Virus record (IMG/VR): IMGVR_UViG_3300025881_001243
Location: 3,257 to 67,256 of that record
Source: a virus
Reading direction: 5' to 3' (one strand)
DNA: 64,000 bases
A program made the position numbers and the translations under genes. This document shows positions 57,021-64,000 of this stretch, one piece after another (positions within the stretch are counted from its first letter, which is position 1; the number at the start of each line of letters is the position of its first letter). The notes under the pieces are model-generated. The model saw only the letters and a program-made list of their open reading frames with translations. It ran no database searches and was not told where the DNA came from.

Positions 57021-57835
57021 AAGACCCTTACAAAATATTAGGTGTTGATAAAACATCCACTGCTAATGATATTAAAAAAGCTTATAGAAAATTAGCCAAA
57101 GAATATCACCCTGATAAGTCTAAAGGCAATGAAGAAAAGTTTAAAGAAATTGCAGATGCATATGAAACTTTAAGTAATTCTACAAAGAGATCACAATATG
57201 ATCAAGCTGCGAATAACCCATTTGGTAAATTTGAAGAAGGTTTCTTTGAAGACTTTATAAAAACAGGAAATGATCCAGGTTTTACTAATATGTTTAACCA
57301 AAGATATGGATTTAATACTAGGGGTGGTAATATTACTGCACAGGTTTACATTACTTTAGAAGAAGCTTATTTTGGATGTAGTAGGGAAATAAGAGTAGGT
57401 ACAAGAGTTGTAAGTGTTGATATTAAGAGCGGTGTAAAGCCAGGACAGAGAATGAGATTAAAAGGATTAGGCCAAAGAGGAATGACCGAAAATCAAAACG
57501 GCGATCTTATTTTAACTGTATTAATACAAGATGATCCTAATTTTTATTTGGACCAAAAAGGTTTGCATACAATTAAGCATATAAGTTTATATGATGCTTT
57601 ACTTGGAGGTAAGGGAGAAGTAAAAGTATTTGATAAAACAATAAGTTATAATATTCCTAAGTGTGTTAAGAACGGTACTATGCTTAGGATAAAAGGTAAA
57701 GGATTTCCTGCTTACAATAATTCTAATATCTTAGGTGACTTTTTCGTGAATATCCTTGTAGATTTACCTAAACAATTATCTGAGGAACAAGAAGCATTGG
57801 TTAAAAAAATGAAAGATATACAAGATGGATATTAA
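57017..57835 (+). CDS. dnaJ: DnaJ/CbpA-type co-chaperone (no zinc finger)
   Basis: DPYKILGV, AYRKLAKEYHPDK, DnaJ_C domain. Confidence 0.9.
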   Translation: MKDPYKILGVDKTSTANDIKKAYRKLAKEYHPDKSKGNEEKFKEIADAYETLSNSTKRSQYDQAANNPFGKFEEGFFEDFIKTGNDPGFTNMFNQRYGFNTRGGNITAQVYITLEEAYFGCSREIRVGTRVVSVDIKSGVKPGQRMRLKGLGQRGMTENQNGDLILTVLIQDDPNFYLDQKGLHTIKHISLYDALLGGKGEVKVFDKTISYNIPKCVKNGTMLRIKGKGFPAYNNSNILGDFFVNILVDLPKQLSEEQEALVKKMKDIQDGY

Positions 57836-58076
57836 TGACGAAGAATTTATGAAGTCATTATTGGATCAGTTAGAAAATCAGAGCTGGGATCAATATATGA
57901 ATTTATGTTATAATACAATTATAATGTTTCCAGACCAGGTTTTACAATATGATGAAAAAACAGCAAAGCATAGAGTTAAAAGTTTAGACAAGATTTTACT
58001 ACATTTTGAAGAAAGAGAGGATTTTGAAAAATGCGCCAAGCTTAAAGAGATTCAAGACAAATTAAAAAATTGTTAA
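57825..58076 (+). CDS. small UVR-motif protein
   Basis: FEEREDFEKCAKLKEI. Confidence 0.65.
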   Translation: MDINDEEFMKSLLDQLENQSWDQYMNLCYNTIIMFPDQVLQYDEKTAKHRVKSLDKILLHFEEREDFEKCAKLKEIQDKLKNC

Positions 58077-58136
58077 TAACTTTTAGAAAAAAGTCCTAGA
58101 AAAATTTTCAATTCCCAATTTTTTTTATTATATTTA
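58070..58136 (+). promoter_or_regulatory. putative early promoter element, copy 8
   Basis: TTGTTAATAACTT...AAAAAGTCCTAGAAAAATTTTCAATTCCCAA...TATATTTA. Confidence 0.8.
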
Positions 58137-58159
58137 TAATATAATTAAATAAACGGAAT

Positions 58160-59482
58160 ATGACTGAATACACAAACATTACTTATTTACAATCCTTCTT
58201 GGAGGAAATGCAATCTTCCTCTTCAGGAAATCATAAAATTGCCACTCTTAAAAAGTATGCTGATAACTCTGATGAAAATTCTGATAGAGAATTCTTACAG
58301 AAAGTTTTCTTCTATACTTACAATCCTTATTTTAAATATAATGTAACTCCTAAGAATTGCAAAAAGAATTCTGATTTACTAGGTCACCGAAATACATACG
58401 GAAGTATTTTTACTCTGTTGGATGATTTAAGAAACAGAGTATGCACTGGGCATACCGCTATTGCAAATGTAAATAGATTTGTTAAAGAATGGCCACAATG
58501 GGAGACTATCATTTATTCTATTCTCAACCGAGATTTAAATATGGGCTGTGGAACTACTTCCATTAATAAAGCAATCCACCCAGATTTAATTCCTACATTT
58601 AAAGTGGCTTTAGCAAATGCATATAATCCAAAGAGGGTAAATTTTCAAAGTGGAGAATGGTACGGATCAAGAAAATTAGATGGTGTCCGCTGTATCTGCC
58701 GCAAGGAAATGAATACAGTTACCTTCTTTTCAAGAAACGGTAAAGAATTTGAAACTCTAGGTAAACTTGCAGATGAAATTTCTAAGATAGGTGGAGACTT
58801 TATCCTAGATGGAGAAATCTGTATGGTTGATAAAGATGGTAATGAAGACTTCCAAGGAATTATGAAACAGATCCGAAAGAAGAATCATCAAATTGAAAAT
58901 CCTAAATTCTTTGTATTTGATTACCTAACCTTAGATGAATTTGATGATAAAGTTGGAACCACCTCTCTTACAGAAAGACTCCGTAATGGATATGATATTC
59001 TTCCAGAAAATATTAATTCAGATATGTTAGAATTCTTACCACAGGTTCAATTGACTACCGAAGAACAATTTACTGAAATGGCTAAAGAAGCTGAAGAGGC
59101 TGGGTTTGAAGGTATTATGGTTAGAAAGAATACCGGGTATGAAGGTAAGAGAAGTCATAATCTTTTAAAAGTTAAAAAATTCCATGATGCTGAATACACG
59201 GTATTAGAATGTATTAACGGTACCATGAGATGGACAGAAAACGGAAAGCAGGTTGAAAAAGAAGGTCTAAGTAATATAATTATTGAACATAAAGGCAATA
59301 AGGTAAGTGTAGGATCTGGATTCTCTAAAGAACAAAGAGAACATTACCTTAATAATCATAATGAACTAATCGGTAAAACTGTAACTGTTCAATATTTTGA
59401 AGAAAGCCAAAATCAGAACGGTGGATATTCATTAAGATTCCCTGTAGTAAAACACATATACAAGAATGGGAGGGATTGTTAA
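58160..59482 (+). CDS. ATP-dependent DNA ligase
   Basis: KLDGVR, FSRNGK, LDGE, FD, EGIM, LLKVK, VGSGF, LRFP motifs. Confidence 0.93.
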   Translation: MTEYTNITYLQSFLEEMQSSSSGNHKIATLKKYADNSDENSDREFLQKVFFYTYNPYFKYNVTPKNCKKNSDLLGHRNTYGSIFTLLDDLRNRVCTGHTAIANVNRFVKEWPQWETIIYSILNRDLNMGCGTTSINKAIHPDLIPTFKVALANAYNPKRVNFQSGEWYGSRKLDGVRCICRKEMNTVTFFSRNGKEFETLGKLADEISKIGGDFILDGEICMVDKDGNEDFQGIMKQIRKKNHQIENPKFFVFDYLTLDEFDDKVGTTSLTERLRNGYDILPENINSDMLEFLPQVQLTTEEQFTEMAKEAEEAGFEGIMVRKNTGYEGKRSHNLLKVKKFHDAEYTVLECINGTMRWTENGKQVEKEGLSNIIIEHKGNKVSVGSGFSKEQREHYLNNHNELIGKTVTVQYFEESQNQNGGYSLRFPVVKHIYKNGRDC

Positions 59483-59541
59483 TGTATCCATTCCATATCT
59501 CACCTGTGGTGAAGGAACGGAAACAGATTAATATATATTGT

Positions 59542-60132
59542 ATGGAATTATTTGAGAAGTATAGAAAATGGGGGAAAGATATAACTGTCTTTGATGTTGA
59601 TGATACTTTAATTGTAACCAAAAGTAAAATTAGAGTCTTTAATCCAAAAACAGGATATGAGATTGATCTTACACCACAAGAATTTAATACATTTAAAACT
59701 AAACCTCATGATAAGTTTGATTTTAATGACTTTAGGGATTTAGAAATTCTTAAGGCTGGTAAAATAATTGATTGGGTTTTTAATATTCTTAAAAGAACAA
59801 TTTCAAAAGGAACTGCTGTGGGCATTATTACTGCGAGAGATGATTCAAAACTTATCTATGATTTTTTAATGCATAACGGGGTTGATGTTAATCCTGATTT
59901 TATATTTGCAATCAATGATCCTAGCTTAGGATTTACTGGATCTACTGCACAGAAGAAAAAGGATGCCTTTATGAAATTTGTTCAAATGGGATTTAGGAAT
60001 TTTAAATTCTTTGATGATGATAAAGAAAATATAAAAATTGCAAACAGTCTTAATAAAGAATTACCTGAGGTAAGAATGAAGGCTACTTTAATAAAACAAA
60101 AATGGATTCCAAGCTTCAGCGACTTCAAATAA
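59542..60132 (+). CDS. HAD-superfamily hydrolase
   Basis: VFDVDDTL, IITAR, FFDDD..N motifs. Confidence 0.75.
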   Translation: MELFEKYRKWGKDITVFDVDDTLIVTKSKIRVFNPKTGYEIDLTPQEFNTFKTKPHDKFDFNDFRDLEILKAGKIIDWVFNILKRTISKGTAVGIITARDDSKLIYDFLMHNGVDVNPDFIFAINDPSLGFTGSTAQKKKDAFMKFVQMGFRNFKFFDDDKENIKIANSLNKELPEVRMKATLIKQKWIPSFSDFK

Positions 60133-60575
60133 AACTAAATGCATTTACTAATATTTTATTAAGTATTAGAGATCTTTCAAATTCTTCTACTACTAAGGTT
60201 GGCTGCATGGCATTAAAAAAAGACTTTAGTAAAATAGCAAGCTTTGGGTATAATGGATCTTATAGTGGCGCTGGTACAAATAAAAATACTGGAACAGAAG
60301 AAGATTCTTTAACACCTGGTGAAAGTGGGTTTATTCATGCTGAGGTAAATATGATTGCTAAGTTTCAAGAATATGATCCACAAAATTACATAATACTCTT
60401 AACACTCTCACCTTGTAAAATGTGCACTAAAATTTTAGTTAATGCTGGATTTAAGCATGTTTATTGGATACAAGACTACAGAGACATGTCTCATCTTAAA
60501 ATATTTAGTGAATGTAATGTGACACATGGTAAAATTTCTAACCTAGTAAATGACTACCACTCTATAAAGGACTGA
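60102..60575 (+). CDS. dCMP deaminase
   Basis: KVG, GYNG, HAEVN, TLSPCKMC motifs. Confidence 0.88.
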   Translation: MDSKLQRLQIKLNAFTNILLSIRDLSNSSTTKVGCMALKKDFSKIASFGYNGSYSGAGTNKNTGTEEDSLTPGESGFIHAEVNMIAKFQEYDPQNYIILLTLSPCKMCTKILVNAGFKHVYWIQDYRDMSHLKIFSECNVTHGKISNLVNDYHSIKD

Positions 60576-60601
60576 ATATATACAAAAAATAGTACATACT
60601 T

Positions 60602-61183
60602 TTGGTCGTTGAAGCATTAACATTTAAACTATCTCTTGATTTTTTTGTCTACTTAAAAAAGTACAAAATAGATGTGTCTAAAATCCGTGTAGGATTTTAT
60701 GACCAAGTAAATCAAAAAACTGAATTTACGGATTTTAACAGCATTGAAGAAATGGAATTATTCTATCAGAATAATTATGTTCCATTTGATCCTTGTTTTA
60801 TTGGTGATATTGTTTCTATACAATTATTCTTAGGGGCAAGTGAACTATATGAATTTACAACTGAATATAGAGCATCTGATTTAACAGGTAATTTTACATT
60901 AACTGAAGGGTCTTCTTTTGATATTCAAAGAAATTCACAACGTTCAGTTTTTGTAAATAGACAAGTTTCATTTATTAACAAAGCGGTGAAAGAGTATAGA
61001 AAATATTGGGATGAAATTTATAGAATATATACATTAGGTATTTACTCACCATGTTACGCAGTACCTGGTTGGTCACAAGGGACATGGTATTTAAATCAAT
61101 TAAGAGAGGTGTTTACATCAAGAAAAGATACTGATGAATTTCCTTATGATGATGCTACTATTATTAATGAACCACCTGAATAA
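60602..61183 (+). CDS. hypothetical protein (putative late)
   Basis: TTG start; GAATATATA upstream. Confidence 0.55.
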   Translation: MVVEALTFKLSLDFFVYLKKYKIDVSKIRVGFYDQVNQKTEFTDFNSIEEMELFYQNNYVPFDPCFIGDIVSIQLFLGASELYEFTTEYRASDLTGNFTLTEGSSFDIQRNSQRSVFVNRQVSFINKAVKEYRKYWDEIYRIYTLGIYSPCYAVPGWSQGTWYLNQLREVFTSRKDTDEFPYDDATIINEPPE

Positions 61184-61203
61184 ATAAAAAAAGATAAGAT
61201 TAA

Positions 61204-64000
61204 ATGGCATTCAATCTAAAAGAATACATCATCTACAGAACTGAGGTTCAAAGAGAACTTTTTAACGGAGAGGTAGATGAAAACTTCAAGGCAGTAGCAA
61301 ACCCATGGGTAGATAATAGGTCTTACGATACCGGGCATGTAGTATATCACCCAGTTGAGGTTGTTAGTGCTACTGGGACTCCGGAAGAAACCTTAACTTG
61401 GTGGAGAGCTAATAAAAGAACAACACAAGGCGCGTTTGATACTAATGAATGGGATATCATTGGAGGTATAGGTACTGGTGATATAACAGTAAGTGGATCA
61501 AATGGGTATGGTAAAGTATTAGTTAATTATACTGGCCCAACACCAGCCCTCGCAGCGGATATCGATTTTACATTAGCGTCTACAACTGATAATGATACTC
61601 TTAGATTAATAGCAGGCCCAGGTATTAGTTTTCAATATGACAATACAGTTAAGGCAATTAAGATAATAAATAATGGTAATGCAGGTGAGGTAAATCAAGG
61701 TTTAAATATAGGAACAGGTGGACAAGATTTGTTTGCTGGAATGAGTGGCCAAGATTTAACATTTAGAGGGCTTAACGTAACTAATGTTACCGGTACTGGT
61801 GAAGTTTTAGAAATTCAATTAGATGCTGGAAACAATAACGTAGTTTATAATTTTGATGAAGGTGCTCTTGAATTACAGAATTTAAATAGTGGGCAGCCTC
61901 TTATTGATTATTTGGATGATGTTGCAATAACTAATGTACAGAATGCTGATCTTTTACAATGGGATGGTAATAATTGGATAAACATTGCACCTAGTTCTGC
62001 TGGTCTAACTGGGGCACAAGGTACGCAAGGTACACAAGGTATTCAAGGTACGCAAGGTTTACAAGGTATTCAAGGTTTACAGGGTACTCAAGGTATTACA
62101 GGAACTCAAGGTATTCAAGGTATTCAAGGTACACAAGGTATTCAAGGTATTACAGGTGCAGGGACTCAAGGTATCCAAGGTATCCAAGGTATTACAGGTG
62201 CAGGGACTCAAGGTATCCAAGGTATTCAAGGTATTACAGGTACAGGAACTCAAGGTATTACAGGTATTCAAGGTACACAAGGTATCCAAGGTACAACTGG
62301 AGCCGATGGTACTTTTGGGGGTGCTACTTTCGATTATCAATTTAATACAACATTAGTAGTTGACGATCCTGGTTTTAGTTATGCTTCTTTAAATACAGCA
62401 AACCAAAGCCTAGCTACCATTATGTCTATAAATGATAATGGTGTTACTGGAACTGACATATCTACGTTCTTAACTACAATACAATCAAGTACTTCTATAC
62501 CTAAAGGGCATGTTAGGATATCATCAAAAGCTGATTCAAATGAATTTATACTTTGGCAAATAACTGAAGTATATGACAGACCTTCTGCTGGAGGTACATG
62601 GTGGGAATTAGAAGTAGTACCTGTTGCATTTACTGAAACTGCACCATTTACTATGGATGAAGACATATTAATATCATTTGTTGTAACAGGAGATAAAGGT
62701 GCACAAGGAACTCAAGGAACTCAAGGAATTACAGGTTCTCAAGGTGCACAAGGTACATTCGGTACTCAGGGAATTACTGGTGCAGGGACTCAAGGTATTC
62801 AAGGTATTCAAGGTTTAACTGGTGTTGGGGCCCAAGGCGCACAAGGTACATTCGGTACACAAGGTATTCAAGGAATAACTGGAAGTGTAGCCTTTTTAGG
62901 TAATTGGTATTTAAGAGATACAACAACAGGGGTAGCTGATCCAACATCTGGTGAATTTATTGGAAATTCTACAACAAATTTTAGTAATGTCACTTTCTTT
63001 GAATTAAATACAACAGACTGGGGTACTACAGGTTCTAATGGTATAAATAGAGGAGCATACTTGGAGAAGGTTTGTCCTGGATCAATTATGCATATTGAAG
63101 ATCCAACAACTGGTGATGAATGGCAATGGGAAGTAGATGATAATGTTCTCTCTTCTTCTACAACATTTAGAGAATTAACTGTTACCTTTCTTGGTGGACC
63201 AAGTGGTATTGGAACACTGGATTATGTATATGAAGTTAGATTTGATACTGCTGGTTGCGAAGGCGCCCAAGGTATAACTGGTTTACAAGGTATACAAGGT
63301 ATAGCTGGTAGCATTTCGGCTCAAGGTACTCAAGGTACACAAGGAATTACTGGAACCGGGACACAAGGAACTCAAGGTATTCAAGGAATTACAGGAACAC
63401 AAGGAACACAAGGTACACAAGGAATTACTGGAACAGGAACACAAGGAACACAAGGAACTCAAGGTATTCAAGGAATTACTGGAACAGGAATACAAGGTAT
63501 ACAAGGAATTACCGGAACTGGTACTCAAGGAACCCAAGGTATAACTGGTTTACAAGGTATACAAGGTATAGCTGGTAGCGTTTCGGCTCAAGGTACTCAA
63601 GGTACACAAGGAATTACTGGGACAGGAACACAAGGAACGCAAGGAACTCAAGGTATTCAAGGAATTACTGGAACAGGAATACAAGGTATACAAGGAATTA
63701 CCGGAACTGGTACTCAAGGAACCCAAGGTATAACTGGTTTACAAGGTATACAAGGTATAGCTGGTAGCGTTTCGGCTCAAGGTACTCAAGGTACTCAAGG
63801 TATTCAAGGTATAACTGGTTTACAAGGAACTCAAGGTTTACAGGGTATTACTGGAACTGGTGTTCAAGGAACGCAAGGTACTCAAGGTATTCAAGGTATA
63901 ACTGGTTTACAAGGAACTCAAGGTTTACAGGGTATTACTGGAACTGGTGTTCAAGGAACGCAAGGTACTCAAGGTATTCAAGGTATAACTGGTTTACAAG
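61204..64000 (+). CDS. collagen-like tail/fibre protein, runs off the window end
   Basis: Open frame from ATG 61204 (MAFNLKEYIIYR...); Gly-X-Gln/Thr triplet blocks from ~62000; absent from the track because there is no stop in the window. Confidence 0.85.
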   Translation, partial: MAFNLKEYIIYRTEVQRELFNGEVDENFKAVANPWVDNRSYDTGHVVYHPVEVVSATGTPEETLTWWRANKRTTQGAFDTNEWDIIGGIGTGDITVSGSNGYGKVLVNYTGPTPALAADIDFTLASTTDNDTLRLIAGPGISFQYDNTVKAIKIINNGNAGEVNQGLNIGTGGQDLFAGMSGQDLTFRGLNVTNVTGTGEVLEIQLDAGNNNVVYNFDEGALELQNLNSGQPLIDYLDDVAITNVQNADLLQWDGNNWINIAPSSAGLTGAQGTQGTQGIQGTQGLQGIQGLQGTQGITGTQGIQGIQGTQGIQGITGAGTQGIQGIQGITGAGTQGIQGIQGITGTGTQGITGIQGTQGIQGTTGADGTFGGATFDYQFNTTLVVDDPGFSYASLNTANQSLATIMSINDNGVTGTDISTFLTTIQSSTSIPKGHVRISSKADSNEFILWQITEVYDRPSAGGTWWELEVVPVAFTETAPFTMDEDILISFVVTGDKGAQGTQGTQGITGSQGAQGTFGTQGITGAGTQGIQGIQGLTGVGAQGAQGTFGTQGIQGITGSVAFLGNWYLRDTTTGVADPTSGEFIGNSTTNFSNVTFFELNTTDWGTTGSNGINRGAYLEKVCPGSIMHIEDPTTGDEWQWEVDDNVLSSSTTFRELTVTFLGGPSGIGTLDYVYEVRFDTAGCEGAQGITGLQGIQGIAGSISAQGTQGTQGITGTGTQGTQGIQGITGTQGTQGTQGITGTGTQGTQGTQGIQGITGTGIQGIQGITGTGTQGTQGITGLQGIQGIAGSVSAQGTQGTQGITGTGTQGTQGTQGIQGITGTGIQGIQGITGTGTQGTQGITGLQGIQGIAGSVSAQGTQGTQGIQGITGLQGTQGLQGITGTGVQGTQGTQGIQGITGLQGTQGLQGITGTGVQGTQGTQGIQGITGLQ
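62005..64000 (+). repeat. collagen-coding 9-bp-period repeats with longer internal duplications
   Basis: caaggt/caagga periodicity in blocks ~62005-62310, ~62695-62885 and ~63262-64000. Confidence 0.9.

Noticed and set aside
62005-64000. Possible CRISPR array or satellite; short minus-strand and alternative-frame ORFs (62077, 62156, 62379, 63283)
   Set aside because: The periodicity is 9 bp in frame with a Gly-X-Y protein starting at 61204 and there are no unique spacers. The other ORFs are shadows of the repeat.
1-64000. Stop-codon reassignment (alternative genetic code)
   Set aside because: Known genes (thyA, ligase, clpC, uvsE) are full length in the standard code, coding density is high, and no suppressor tRNA was seen

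Overview
AT-rich, gene-dense window from a large tailed dsDNA (jumbo/'huge'-type, T4-like logic) bacteriophage, almost entirely coded on the + strand. Host clues point to Bacteroidota/Flavobacteriia: no Shine-Dalgarno sites, bS21, T9SS-type C-terminal domains and OM beta-barrels. Contents: amidase, nuclease, Hsp20; a ~9 kb glycan/Kdo cluster (GTs, methyltransferases, KdsD, KdsB, hexapeptide acyltransferases); two large clusters of proteins with T4 capsid-targeting-like N-termini and repeated ES-x-N-E sites; ClpC, GuaB-like, ThyA, UvsE, MgsA, RadA-like ATPase, thioredoxin, DnaJ, ATP-dependent ligase, dCMP deaminase; three tRNAs; and a collagen-like fibre gene running off the right end. The most notable non-coding items are (1) a terminator-ended candidate sRNA at 42.5 kb whose loop is the exact reverse complement of an AAAAACGGAAATT motif abutting start codons of genes behind a repeated ~75 bp promoter element, (2) a ~430 nt highly structured RNA at 47.1 kb, (3) a tRNA-like RNA with rearranged arms at 44.5 kb, (4) two CTAG-rich non-coding blocks flanking a small putative early-gene island, and (5) several promoter classes with fixed spacing. 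All family assignments come from motif recognition, not database searches.
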